47,122 bases of DNA, taken from positions 1-47,122 of IMG/VR virus record IMGVR_UViG_3300049143_000042; one strand, 5' to 3'. The stretch comes from a virus (lineage: Duplodnaviria; Caudoviricetes). The translations under genes and the position numbers were made by a program. A model generated the notes under the pieces. It saw nothing but the letters and a program-made list of their open reading frames with translations, was not told the origin of the DNA and made no database searches. Below, in pieces: positions 1 through 9,033 of the stretch (the stretch's first letter is position 1; each line of letters begins with the position of its first letter).

Positions 1-457
1 GGACGGGACGGGGCGGGACGGGGGCAGCGTCACCGTGACGGCGGGTAGACGCGTCTACATCACCGTCTACATCGGAACCTTCACCGTCGTTGACCTGGTC
101 TTTTCGCTTACCCTCACGCCAGCGTTGTTGCCGTTCTGACTTCGCTTTGCGTGCCAAGTCGGTCTCAACTCGACTCGGGTTGCGCTCCAAATACTGGTGA
201 ATGAAGTACGAGTTGCTGTCGAGTTGGGGGCACGACTCGCATTCGTGGCCCCTCTGGTGCCACAGGCCGGCGTCCACGAGGGCCTTGATCATGCGGGGGG
301 TGCCGTACATCTTGGCGACGTGCTTGGGGATGACGCCGTCGGTCACCTGCTGGGCAGCCCACGAACCGCAGCGGACGTAGAGGCCGACCGCCGGGGTTCC
401 CGCTGCGAACACCTTGGGGTGGCAGTGGAACCCGTCGTCGATCTTGAACCAGGACAT
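1..457 (-). CDS. Phage replication initiator-like protein, 3' end outside the window
   Basis: Manual translation (not in the ORF track): MSWFKIDDGFHCHPKVFAAGTPAVGLYVRCGSWAAQQVTDGVIP...LVDAGLW...RQQRWR...PVPPRPV, resembling actinophage RepA-like N-termini; open to base 1. Confidence 0.75.
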   Translation of the reverse strand, partial: MSWFKIDDGFHCHPKVFAAGTPAVGLYVRCGSWAAQQVTDGVIPKHVAKMYGTPRMIKALVDAGLWHQRGHECESCPQLDSNSYFIHQYLERNPSRVETDLARKAKSERQQRWREGKRKDQVNDGEGSDVDGDVDASTRRHGDAAPVPPRPV

Positions 458-536
458 CAGCACTTCTCTCTCGTGCGGAACCAGCGGGGTTGCGCGTCTT
501 GGCAGGGGCGACCTCGCACTGCCATACTACTTTAAA

Positions 537-574
537 GATTGGTGAGATTGGAAGGATTGGAAATGACTTACACT
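537..574 (+). promoter_or_regulatory. Three GATTGG direct repeats at 9-bp spacing plus a TACACT -10 box
   Basis: GATTGG at 537, 546 and 555; TACACT at 569-574, 6 nt before ATG 581. Confidence 0.55.
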
Positions 575-580
575 CTGGCC

Positions 581-898
581 ATGGCTGCTGACCAGGGCAT
601 TCGCATTGCCGACGACGGAGTGGCAGAGGTCTCGATGACCGACGCCCGCGCGAACCTGACCCCACTCATCCGCGACGTGCGGTACGGCGGCCGGTCCGCG
701 GCCTTCACCGAACGCGGCCACCGCAGCGCCTACGTCGTGCCGGCCGAGTTCTACGAACAGGCGATCCGGGACCGGGCGATCATTGACGAGCTGCATCGGC
801 GTACCCAGGACCCAGGAATTGGCGACTCCTACGACGAGGCGGACTCCCGCACCATCCGCGGCGCGATTCACTCGGCGGCGCTGGCCGTCGACTCCTGA
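581..898 (+). CDS. Phd/YefM-family antitoxin-like DNA-binding protein (orphan)
   Basis: EVSMTDARANLTPLIRDVRYGGRSAAFTERGHRSAYVVPAEFYE matches the Phd N-terminal pattern; start placed at the ATG after TACACT. Confidence 0.75.
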   Translation: MAADQGIRIADDGVAEVSMTDARANLTPLIRDVRYGGRSAAFTERGHRSAYVVPAEFYEQAIRDRAIIDELHRRTQDPGIGDSYDEADSRTIRGAIHSAALAVDS

Positions 899-924
899 CA
901 CCGGTCTCCTCCTCTCTTCTCCGG

Positions 925-948
925 GCCCCGCACCGTGTGGTGCGGGGC
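925..948. terminator. Hairpin between convergent genes
   Basis: GCCCCGCACC-GTGT-GGTGCGGGGC, perfect 10-bp stem. Confidence 0.7.
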
Positions 949-960
949 TTCTGCGTGCGG

Positions 961-1194
961 TCAGTCGGGTGGGTCCGGTACGACGGCGAGGTGCCGTCGG
1001 TCCCGGTCCGTGGCCTCGCGGTAGGCCGGCTCGGGGGCCCAGTCCCGTGGGGTGCCGGGCCCGGCCGATGGTTCGGGAAGGCCCTTGGCCCGCCACGGGG
1101 AGTGCGTCGAGCAGCGGGGTCCGCAGGGGTAGGGGCGGACGGGCCCGTCGTGCGGTGCGGGGATGTCGCAGACGGGCCCGTCGCCGGCGGTCAC
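961..1194 (-). CDS. Small Cys/His-containing hypothetical protein (77 aa)
   Basis: GTG overlaps the upstream TGA; MTAGDGPVCDIPAPHDGPVRPYPCGPRCSTHSPW. Confidence 0.55.
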   Translation of the reverse strand: MTAGDGPVCDIPAPHDGPVRPYPCGPRCSTHSPWRAKGLPEPSAGPGTPRDWAPEPAYREATDRDRRHLAVVPDPPD

Positions 1195-1802
1195 GCGGCG
1201 GCCCTCCGCAGCTTGGCCAGCTCCTTCGCGCGCCGGTCGTTCTCGATGCGCCGGTGCCGGTCGACGTTGTCCTCCAGGTGCATGGGGTGGACGCACTCGA
1301 CGACGGGGCAGGCGGGGGTGCGGCGGACGATGCCGCGCGGTTCCCGGCCGCGGTGCAGGAAGAAGCTGGTGCGCTTCGGGGCGTAGGAGTGGCCGCGCCA
1401 CGTGAACGTCGTGCTGCCCGTCCACTTCAGGTGGCCGTCGGCGGTTCGCTCGGTCTGCTCCTCGAAGACCTCGCGGAGGGTGCGGGTCGCGGTCACCGGG
1501 TGGAGCACCTGCTCGACGGCCGCGGCGACGGCCTGCTCGTCGTCCCGCCGGTCGCCGACCAGCTTCGCGACGGCGCGCCGCTCCCCCGGCTTGAGGCCGC
1601 CGCGGATGCCGTAGTCGTTGTCGCCGGTGCGGAGCGCGTCCTGGAGGCAGGCCATCACCACCGGGCAGTCGGCGCACACGGCCTTGGCATCGCGGATGCG
1701 GGGCTCGATGTTCTCGGGGAACATCCGCTCCGGGTCGCCCGCGCAGGCGGCGAGCTTGGACCACTGCTTGGGGGCGGGCAGGAGGCTGGAGATGTCGATC
1801 AT
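1191..1802 (-). CDS. WhiB-family Fe-S transcription factor fused to a degenerate His-Me/HNH-like domain
   Basis: WSKLAAC...AKAVCADCPVVMACLQDAL...GIRGG (4 Cys plus G-I-x-G-G); C-terminal HLKWTG...CPVVECVHPMHL; ATGA overlap with the upstream gene. Confidence 0.85.
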   Translation of the reverse strand: MIDISSLLPAPKQWSKLAACAGDPERMFPENIEPRIRDAKAVCADCPVVMACLQDALRTGDNDYGIRGGLKPGERRAVAKLVGDRRDDEQAVAAAVEQVLHPVTATRTLREVFEEQTERTADGHLKWTGSTTFTWRGHSYAPKRTSFFLHRGREPRGIVRRTPACPVVECVHPMHLEDNVDRHRRIENDRRAKELAKLRRAAA

Positions 1803-2683
1803 GCTGCTGCTCCGAAGATTGCGTTGAACTGGTTGGAGAGTTGCTGACGGAGAGTCCGGTCCTCGAGGTGCTCGGGCGCCACGCAGCGCCGCATTCCGCA
1901 GCCGGGCAAGACCCGGCCGACCGGCTCCCGGTCGTGGACCAGGCCGAACCCCACCCGGTAGGCGGTGTAGTGCTGGCCGGCGTGGGTGAGCACGGGCGTG
2001 CTCTCCCGGTAGGTGCCGGTCCACTTCAGGTGGCCGCCGTCGACGGGCCGGGTGCGGGCGCGCCACGCCTCCTCCAGCGGCAGCACCCGCAGTACGACCG
2101 TCGGGAGGCCGAGTTCGGCGCGGATCTGGCCGACGCGCAGCGGGTTCGTGCGGAGGGTCCGGCCGATGTACCGGTTGGAGTGGCCCTCGCGTAGCAGCGC
2201 GATGATGTCGGCGCGCGGCACCCCGGCCGGGCCCCGCTTCTTCGCCGCCTTCGTGACACGGGCCAGGCTGCGGCGCATCGGGGTGTCGGAAAGGTGCGGG
2301 CCCGCGATGCATCCGGCCCGGCCGCACGTCGGGTAGACGACGCCCTCGGGTTCGCGGCCGTGGTGGAGGCGGAACGCGACGCGGTAGGCGGACTCGGAGT
2401 CGCGGCGGTAGCGGACCATCGGAGCGTCGGCCCCGGTGCGGACCCCGGTCCATTCGACGTGCCCGTCGGCGGCGGGTACGGCGTGGGCGCGGAAGGCGTC
2501 CTCGACCGTGTTGTACCGGGGGGCGTGGCCGAGGCGCGGCGCGGGCATCCCCAGGGCCTTCCGGACCTTGGCGACGGTCGGCCGGCTGCAGCCGAGGCGG
2601 TAGGCGATGGCCGACTCGGTCATCGTCCCCGCGCGGAGCAGGTCGGCTATCTCCTCGCGGGAGAACTGCGGTTGCCGGGGCAT
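1799..2683 (-). CDS. Protein with two tandem HTH + degenerate His-Me/HNH-like units
   Basis: Two copies of an HTH (IAYRLGCSRPTV / IGRTLRTNPLRV) each followed by GH.WTG...AYRV.F.L.H.REP.G.V.P.CG...C.A..HL.D. Confidence 0.75.
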   Translation of the reverse strand: MPRQPQFSREEIADLLRAGTMTESAIAYRLGCSRPTVAKVRKALGMPAPRLGHAPRYNTVEDAFRAHAVPAADGHVEWTGVRTGADAPMVRYRRDSESAYRVAFRLHHGREPEGVVYPTCGRAGCIAGPHLSDTPMRRSLARVTKAAKKRGPAGVPRADIIALLREGHSNRYIGRTLRTNPLRVGQIRAELGLPTVVLRVLPLEEAWRARTRPVDGGHLKWTGTYRESTPVLTHAGQHYTAYRVGFGLVHDREPVGRVLPGCGMRRCVAPEHLEDRTLRQQLSNQFNAIFGAAA

Positions 2684-4356
2684 CAGGCCACCCCCACCAG
2701 GTCGGGCGTCGTGTGCCGGTCGATGTCCTCGCCGGTGATGGCCTCGACGAGGGCGGCGACGATGACCTCGGCGCAGTTCGGGGTGACGGCGTTGCCGTAC
2801 TGGCGGACCCGCTCGCGCTTCGAGCCGAGCACGATGTAGGCGTCGGCGAAGCTCATCGCGCGGCCAATCTCGTGGGGCTCCAACATCCGGAAGAGGACGT
2901 CCTCGATGTCGACCTGGCCCTGGACGAGCGCATACCGGTCCCGGGTCGACAGGGTGCCGACCGGTTCCCGGACGGTGCGCGCGGTGCCGTTGCCGTAGTA
3001 GGGGACCAGGAGGTGGTCCCAGGTGACGAGGGACTGGTGGCCGGCGGCCGTCAGGGTGCGGGCGGGCTCGTCGACCCCGGTGCAGAGCTGTCCCGGGTTG
3101 CCGCGCGGGGTGTTGTTCCGCATCAGGAAGGCGGGCGGGGCGACGAGACCGTGGTGGTTGCCGGACGCCGTGACCGTGGCCAGGGACTCGCCGACGGACC
3201 GGGCCACCGATCCGCCGCCGCGCAGCTCAGCGATGAACGGCAGCCAGGCCAGGCCCGTCTCGTTCCGCGCGGTCTGCGTGCGCAGCGGGGCGTTGGCGGA
3301 GGCGGGCTCCTTCCCGTCCCGGCCCTCGACCGGGACCAGCAGCGGCGGGATCGCCAGCGCGTCGTTCTCCCGGGTGGTGCGCGTCGGCATCGGCTCGACC
3401 GCGGGCGTGGCATCGGTCCGCCACGTGCCGCCGGCCGGGACGACGAGGGGCTGCGCGAACTTCTTCAGCCCCGCCTGGATGCGAGCGAGGGTCTTCTCCG
3501 CGAGCGGCTTGGCCCGGTCCCCGATCCGCTGCCCGGGCAGGGACCAGTCGATCGCGACGGCGGCGGGCAGCGTCTCGGGCTCGACGATCTGGCTGCGGCA
3601 AGTGGTGTTCGGGCAGCGGTAGACGTACTGCTGGCGGTAGCGGCCCATGTCCCGGCCCGGGTCCTTGAACCGCTGGACGGCCTGTACCCACTGGTCGCAG
3701 CCAGGGCACCAGGCGCGCGGCCGCAACCACTTGTCCCAGTCGGGGGTGCGGGCCAGGGACTCGTGCCAGTAGGCGACGTACAGGCGGTCCCGGGACTGCG
3801 GCGCCTTGTGCACGGTGCGCGGGTCGGCATGCATGCTGTTCAGGGCGATGACCCGGGTCTTGTAGCCGAGCTTGTGGAGCTCGCCGAGCCACCGGTCCCA
3901 CTGATCCCAGGCGCGGACGTCGACGACGTTCTCGACGACGCCCGCCTTGACCAGGCCACCGCGCTCCTGCACCCCGCGCAGGTACATCGGCACTTCCTCC
4001 ATCAGCGCGCGGCTGCGCTCGACTTCCTCGGACGGGCCGAAGCCGTCGAAGAGGTCGCCCTGGAGGGAGGCGTCGAAGTCGCGCTTCTTGCCGCGGGCGT
4101 TCGACCACTGCGGGCACTCGGGGCTGGCCCAGAAGATGTCGGTCACGGGCCACTTGTCGACCGGGGCCTCGCGGATGTCGCCGCGGTAGTGGTCGACGGT
4201 GGGGAAGTTCGCGGCGTGCGACTCGATCGCCCGCTCCCAGTGGTTCGCCGCGCGCTCCATCCGGACGCCGGGCAGCGAGTGCATGCCCTGGCTGGAGCCG
4301 CCGGCCCCGCAGAACCAGTCCATGACGGTGAGCGCGTCGTTGTCGTGGCGGTACAT
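2683..4356 (-). CDS. C5 cytosine DNA methyltransferase
   Basis: Motif I DWFCGAGG, IV SPECP, VI ENV, VIII QSRDRLY, X QYGNAV. Confidence 0.93.
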   Translation of the reverse strand: MYRHDNDALTVMDWFCGAGGSSQGMHSLPGVRMERAANHWERAIESHAANFPTVDHYRGDIREAPVDKWPVTDIFWASPECPQWSNARGKKRDFDASLQGDLFDGFGPSEEVERSRALMEEVPMYLRGVQERGGLVKAGVVENVVDVRAWDQWDRWLGELHKLGYKTRVIALNSMHADPRTVHKAPQSRDRLYVAYWHESLARTPDWDKWLRPRAWCPGCDQWVQAVQRFKDPGRDMGRYRQQYVYRCPNTTCRSQIVEPETLPAAVAIDWSLPGQRIGDRAKPLAEKTLARIQAGLKKFAQPLVVPAGGTWRTDATPAVEPMPTRTTRENDALAIPPLLVPVEGRDGKEPASANAPLRTQTARNETGLAWLPFIAELRGGGSVARSVGESLATVTASGNHHGLVAPPAFLMRNNTPRGNPGQLCTGVDEPARTLTAAGHQSLVTWDHLLVPYYGNGTARTVREPVGTLSTRDRYALVQGQVDIEDVLFRMLEPHEIGRAMSFADAYIVLGSKRERVRQYGNAVTPNCAEVIVAALVEAITGEDIDRHTTPDLVGVA

Positions 4357-4916
4357 CACGCGGCCACCTCCGCCAGCTCGGGCCAGGTGACCTTGTTGAG
4401 CCGGTCGCGCTGCGCCTGCGGCAGCGCGAACTCGGCAGCGTCGTACCAGTCGAGGCCGGCGGCGCGGAGCCACCAGGCGTCACACTGGTTGTCGTCGCCG
4501 AACTCCCGGCCCGCGCGCTTCAGTGCGGCGATGGCCATGGCGGTCTTGTCGGCGTTGCCCTTGCCGGTCGCGTAGGCCTTCAGCGTGGACGGCGGGACGA
4601 CGACGTAAGGCAGTCCGGCATCGAGGAGCATCGCCCGGACGGCGCCGTGCAGCATCGGGATGACCTTCCCGGCGGCGCCCTTCATCGTGGCGGGTACGTC
4701 TTCGAGGACGACGAGGTCGGCGTGGGTGACGAGCGCGCAGCCGATGCGGTCCCGGATCTCGGCGAGCCGGTCGTCGCCCTTGGCCGCGGGCTTGAAGGTG
4801 ACGGCGGTGCCGTCCGTGACGCAGAGGCCGGTGGCCCCGATGGCGAGGTCGAGTCCGGCGATGCGGGGCCGGGGCCCGGCCGCCGTGGTGGCGGCCGGGG
4901 CGGTCGAGGTGGTCAC
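4356..4916 (-). CDS. RuvC-like Holliday junction resolvase
   Basis: IAGLDLAIGATG, VVLED, PPSTLKAYATGKGNADK, DDNQCDA acidic motifs. Confidence 0.88.
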   Translation of the reverse strand: MTTSTAPAATTAAGPRPRIAGLDLAIGATGLCVTDGTAVTFKPAAKGDDRLAEIRDRIGCALVTHADLVVLEDVPATMKGAAGKVIPMLHGAVRAMLLDAGLPYVVVPPSTLKAYATGKGNADKTAMAIAALKRAGREFGDDNQCDAWWLRAAGLDWYDAAEFALPQAQRDRLNKVTWPELAEVAA

Positions 4917-5098
4917 TGGTTCCCCCCGGTGACGTGGTGGCCCTCGGCGCAGCGGACGAGGGAGCCGTGGACAGTGGCGGTGGTGGTGTGGCCGCAGGCC
5001 GGGCAGTGCACGAACCGCTGCCGGGCGAGCGGGCCCGGGACGCGGACGGCGCGGTGGCGGCCGAGACCGCAGACGAGGTGCCGGACGGTGAACCTCAC
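4913..5098 (-). CDS. Small Cys/His-rich hypothetical protein (61 aa)
   Basis: Overlaps with both neighbours; HCPACGH and RCAEGHH. Confidence 0.55.
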   Translation of the reverse strand: MRFTVRHLVCGLGRHRAVRVPGPLARQRFVHCPACGHTTTATVHGSLVRCAEGHHVTGGNQ

Positions 5099-5445
5099 GC
5101 CGCCCTCCCCATGGCGGATTGAGCGGCGGCCAGCTCGTCGCGGAGCTGCTGCACCTCACGGGTCAGCTCCACGTTCGCGGCGATCAGCTCCGAGCGGTCC
5201 GTGTCCAGGGAGCGGCGGGCCCGCTCCGACAGGTCCAGCCGCTGCCGCAGCCGGGCGTCGCCGGTGGCCGGCTCGTACTGGATCGGGGTGTCCGGCTGCT
5301 CGTCACGCTGGTGCGTGATGAGGCTCTGCAGCCGGTGGATCGCCGTGTCCTTCTCGTCGACGCGCTGCTCGGCCTCGGCCCGCTTCGCGGCCTCGTGCTC
5401 GTACAGGCGGTTCAGGCGGGCGTACTTCTCGCGGGAGACGAACAT
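5095..5445 (-). CDS. Coiled-coil hypothetical protein (116 aa)
   Basis: Coupled in the operon; heptad-like E/R/L-rich sequence. Confidence 0.7.
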   Translation of the reverse strand: MFVSREKYARLNRLYEHEAAKRAEAEQRVDEKDTAIHRLQSLITHQRDEQPDTPIQYEPATGDARLRQRLDLSERARRSLDTDRSELIAANVELTREVQQLRDELAAAQSAMGRAA

Positions 5446-6200
5446 CAGCGGGACTCCGTTCGGGGGTGCGGGATCAGCGGCCAGTCGCCGCGCACCGTGG
5501 CGGCGCGCTGCTCCTTGCCGGGGGTGTTGCGGAAGTAGTCCGCCAAGCTCTCTGCCTGTTCGCGGGCCCAGCCGATCTGCTGGGCGTGCAGGTCATCGAT
5601 CGACGCGGCGCCGATCTCGGCGTGCGTGGACGCGATCCGCCACGCCACCCGGCACGCGGCGAGCGCGTCCGCCGCGGCGTCGTGTGCACCGTCGAGGGGG
5701 ACCTGGTAGTGGCGGCACAGGTCGGTCAGCGTCCGCTTCCCGCGCCGGAACTGGTCCACGTGCTTGTCGATGACGAACGGGTCAACCACCCGCATCTCCC
5801 CGCCCACGGTCTCGGCGAGGGGCTGAACGCCGTGGCGGCGCGCCTCCCGGTCGAGCATTGTGAGGTCGAAGGCGGCGTTCATCGCCACGATCGGGATGCC
5901 GGACAGGACGACTGCGGTCAGCGCCGTGACGACCTGCTCGACAACCTCGCCCGCCGGGCGGCCTTCCTTCCGGGCCCGCTCGGTGGTGATGCCGTGCACG
6001 GCGGCGGCGCCCTCCGGGATCTCCACGCCGGGGTCGGCCATCCACGTGGCGGAGGCAACGGGCTGGCTGGCGCCGCACTGGACGACGCAGGCGGTGACGA
6101 TCCGGTCCCGCTCGGGGCTGACGCCGGTCGTCTCCAGGTCGAAGCCGGCGAGGCGGCCGAGGTACCAGGGCGGGGCCTGCTGGTCGGTGTGCTGGTTCAT
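5445..6200 (-). CDS. DnaQ-like DEDDh 3'-5' exonuclease
   Basis: ExoI FDLETTG, ExoII NAAFDL, ExoIII AHDAAADA. Confidence 0.92.
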   Translation of the reverse strand: MNQHTDQQAPPWYLGRLAGFDLETTGVSPERDRIVTACVVQCGASQPVASATWMADPGVEIPEGAAAVHGITTERARKEGRPAGEVVEQVVTALTAVVLSGIPIVAMNAAFDLTMLDREARRHGVQPLAETVGGEMRVVDPFVIDKHVDQFRRGKRTLTDLCRHYQVPLDGAHDAAADALAACRVAWRIASTHAEIGAASIDDLHAQQIGWAREQAESLADYFRNTPGKEQRAATVRGDWPLIPHPRTESR

Positions 6201-6259
6201 GTGTTCTCCTGGGCGGTGGCCGGCCCGCATTGCCCGCGGGCCGGCCGTTCGTGTGCGGG

Positions 6260-7258
6260 CTACGCGGGGGGCTGGGCGACGGCCGGCCAGGACGAGGCGG
6301 GCTCGCCCACGACCTCGACCGGGTAGGCGCCGTCCTCGTCCGGGACCGGCTCCCTCCGGGCGTCCGCCGTCTCGGCGTCCTTCTCGGCGGCGAGCTTCAT
6401 CAGCTGCTTCGACAGCTCGTCCTCGCCCTTCGGGTGGACGTGGCCCGCCTGCCTGGCCTGCATCCACACGTCGCGGACGTCGTCCGAGGTGAGGGCCGCC
6501 GCCGCGTCGGCGAGGTAGTCCGGGCGGGGCGCCTCGATCGCCGCCCGCGCCTGCCCGGTCGCGCCCGGGTCCAGCGCGGTCGCCGCGTTCATCGGCCCCG
6601 CGAGGGCCTGCCGCGGCGTCACGCCGCGCAGCTCAACCACGACGACGGGGAACTTCTTCGTCTGGCCGTCCGCGACCCGCTGCCTCGGTTCGATCCGCAG
6701 GTTCACCGGGACGAAGCCCCGACCGTCGGTCCCGGCGAGGACCATGTCGACCATGCCGCCCCACTCCTGCGCGGCGTAGAACGAGTGGGTCTCGGCCCGC
6801 CACATGCCCATCCCGGACAGGTCCGGCAGCATCACGTTCAGGCGGGACGTGGTCGAGCAGACGCGGCCCTTCGGCTGCAGGTGCCAGTCGTCACCGAACT
6901 GGCGGGCGCACAGGCAGGACTGGCGGGAGAGGAGTTCGGTCTCCCCGTCGCAGCGGCGCTGGCAGCCGCCCTTGGACCACATCTCGTTGTACTGGTTCAG
7001 CGGGTCGCCCGGGGTGATCAGCGCCTCGATGGACGACGCCTTGGTGATGACCCGCCACTGGGAGATCGTCGAGTTCAGCGGCGACCACTGCTCAGGCTCG
7101 CCGCCCCACAGCTTCGCGGCGGTGGCGACGTGCTCCTCACTGTGGGAGGTGATCACCCACGTCGACGAGCGCATCGGGCGGTTGCCCTGCGTGTAGCCCG
7201 TGCGCAGCCGGCCGTGCTCGGCGGCGCGGGCTTGGATGTTCCGGAGTCGTGACCCCAT
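6260..7258 (-). CDS. Gp3-like (recombination directionality factor-like) recombination protein, probable partner of the adjacent exonuclease
   Basis: GRLRTG...WGGEPEQW...CQRRCDG...RLNVMLPDL.GMGMWRAETHSFYAA pattern; next to a PD-(D/E)xK nuclease. Confidence 0.7.
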   Translation of the reverse strand: MGSRLRNIQARAAEHGRLRTGYTQGNRPMRSSTWVITSHSEEHVATAAKLWGGEPEQWSPLNSTISQWRVITKASSIEALITPGDPLNQYNEMWSKGGCQRRCDGETELLSRQSCLCARQFGDDWHLQPKGRVCSTTSRLNVMLPDLSGMGMWRAETHSFYAAQEWGGMVDMVLAGTDGRGFVPVNLRIEPRQRVADGQTKKFPVVVVELRGVTPRQALAGPMNAATALDPGATGQARAAIEAPRPDYLADAAAALTSDDVRDVWMQARQAGHVHPKGEDELSKQLMKLAAEKDAETADARREPVPDEDGAYPVEVVGEPASSWPAVAQPPA

Positions 7259-7260
7259 GG

Positions 7261-8109
7261 TCAGGCGGCCTTTCGGGTGGTGGCGCGTCGCCGCGGCGCG
7301 GGCTCGTGCCCGGGGGCGAACAGCGCGGGATAGGTGGACGGGGCGGCGTGCAGCCAGCGGGTGGTCTCCAGGGCGCCGCGGAACGCGCGGTGCGCGGTCC
7401 GGTCGGCGGGCATCGGAACCAGGGCGTGGCTGGCGGCGCGGAGGTTGAGGACGCCGGTGCGTTCGATGCGGGGCATCGGCAGCTCGGTGTCGTCAGGGAG
7501 GAGGACCGTCTCGCAGTAGCGGAGCGCCGCGAGTTGGAGGGTGTTCTCCTTGTAGACGCTCTTCGCCGGCCGGGTGGCGGAGGACTTGTAGTCGATCAGC
7601 CACAGCTCCAGCCGGCCGCCGGGCCCGGTCGGCAGCCAGATCATCAGGTCCGCGGTGCCCGCGTAGCCGAGGCGCCGGTGCAGACACGTGATCTCAGTGG
7701 CCTCGATGTGCTCGGCGAGGTCGACGCCCCAGGACCGCAGCCAGATGTCGAGCTGGTCGACGTAGGGCTGCACCTCGGGGTCCGCGGGGAACGGGGCGCC
7801 CAGCACGTGGGCTTCGGCCCCGTTGTGGACGCGGGTGCCGAGGTCGGCGGCCTGCTCGCGGACGTCGACGTGGACGGCCTTGACCTCGCGGGTCACGCCG
7901 ATGCGGTCTTCGGTGACGCGACTGGTGAGGACGTTCCAGCGGTCGAGGATGTACTCGACGGTGACCTTGACGCCCCAGGGGATGAGGCTGTGGGTCTTGT
8001 TGACGCCGGAGTCGATGACGTTGGTGACGGAGACGAGGTCCGGGCCGCCCTGCGGGTCGCTGTAGTAGCGGCCGTTGTCGGTGTCGCGAGCGTGCTTCGG
8101 GTTGGTCAC
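7261..8109 (-). CDS. PD-(D/E)xK exonuclease (RecE/Cas4-like phage exonuclease)
   Basis: SVTNVI, GTRVH, GYAGTADL, LIDYKS, LQLAALRY. Confidence 0.88.
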   Translation of the reverse strand: MTNPKHARDTDNGRYYSDPQGGPDLVSVTNVIDSGVNKTHSLIPWGVKVTVEYILDRWNVLTSRVTEDRIGVTREVKAVHVDVREQAADLGTRVHNGAEAHVLGAPFPADPEVQPYVDQLDIWLRSWGVDLAEHIEATEITCLHRRLGYAGTADLMIWLPTGPGGRLELWLIDYKSSATRPAKSVYKENTLQLAALRYCETVLLPDDTELPMPRIERTGVLNLRAASHALVPMPADRTAHRAFRGALETTRWLHAAPSTYPALFAPGHEPAPRRRATTRKAA

Positions 8110-8372
8110 TGGTCGCCCCCGATGTAGCGGACTTGCAGGCGGGTGCCGTCGTCGACCAGTTCGGTGCGGGCCTCGAAGGCGCCAGCCGGCTGGTACGGGG
8201 TGCCGTAGGCGTGCGCGCCGATCGGGTAGCCGTTGCGGATCCGGCGGGCCACGTCCTCGGCGACGGGGGTGGAGCGGTAGTCGACGACGTGGAGCCAGAC
8301 GCCGGGCTGGCAGCGGGCTTCCTCGACGGTGCGCCGGTGGTCGGCGCGCGGACGGCGGGAGAGTCGGCTCAC
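8106..8372 (-). CDS. Hypothetical early protein (88 aa)
   Basis: GTGA overlaps; ends YQPAGAFEARTELVDDGTRLQVRYIG. Confidence 0.7.
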   Translation of the reverse strand: MSRLSRRPRADHRRTVEEARCQPGVWLHVVDYRSTPVAEDVARRIRNGYPIGAHAYGTPYQPAGAFEARTELVDDGTRLQVRYIGGDQ

Positions 8373-8551
8373 GGCTGGCCTCCGTCGCAGGTGCACTTCT
8401 CGGGGTGGTCGCAGGCCATCTGTGCGAACTCGGCCTCGAACGGCTCGGGCTGGTGGCGGTAGGCGTCGGCGAGGGCCTGACGGTCGGCGTCGGTCTGGGT
8501 GGCGCGCTGCCGGGCGACGAGCGCGGCCACCTGCTGGGCGAGGGCGCTCAC
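8369..8551 (-). CDS. Hypothetical protein (60 aa)
   Basis: Coupled overlaps; C-terminal CDH...CTC. Confidence 0.6.
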   Translation of the reverse strand: MSALAQQVAALVARQRATQTDADRQALADAYRHQPEPFEAEFAQMACDHPEKCTCDGGQP

Positions 8552-9033
8552 GACTCCTCACCGCCCTCGGTGACGGTCCATCCGCCGTGGGTCCAGTCGT
8601 CCGGGTCCAGTGCGGTGGGATGCCAGTGACGGACGTCGTACACGGGGGTGTCCGTCCAGCCGAGGGCGCGGCGTTCACCGGTGGTGGGGCTGGCGCTGAT
8701 CGCCTCGCAGCGGAACGTCCACGTCCCGCTGGTGTAGGTCTGGCCGGGCTGGAAGAAGTCGGTGCGGAGGTTGTTCGGGCGAACCGCGCCGCGCGCGACC
8801 TTCGAGGCGAGTCGGGCGATCAGGTCGGCCGGTTTTTCCTGACGGTCCGAGCTGGTCGGGTACTCGCGGGCCTTCTTCAGCAGCCAGGCGACGAACTGCG
8901 TGTCCCGCACCGCCAAGACCTCGGCGCGGTGGGCGTCGAACTTCTCGGCGAGGAGCTGTCCGTACCCGTCCGCGCTCAGGTGCGGCGGGCAGATACGGCG
9001 GATCATCTCCACGGCCTCGTCGCGGGCGCTCAC
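8548..9033 (-). CDS. Hypothetical early protein (161 aa)
   Basis: GTG overlap start MSARDEAVEMIRR; FFQPGQTY...WTFRC C-terminal domain. Confidence 0.7.
   Translation of the reverse strand: MSARDEAVEMIRRICPPHLSADGYGQLLAEKFDAHRAEVLAVRDTQFVAWLLKKAREYPTSSDRQEKPADLIARLASKVARGAVRPNNLRTDFFQPGQTYTSGTWTFRCEAISASPTTGERRALGWTDTPVYDVRHWHPTALDPDDWTHGGWTVTEGGEES

Noticed and set aside
7261-8109. Cas4 as part of a CRISPR system
   Set aside because: No Fe-S Cys cluster, no array and no other cas genes; the context is a phage recombination pair.
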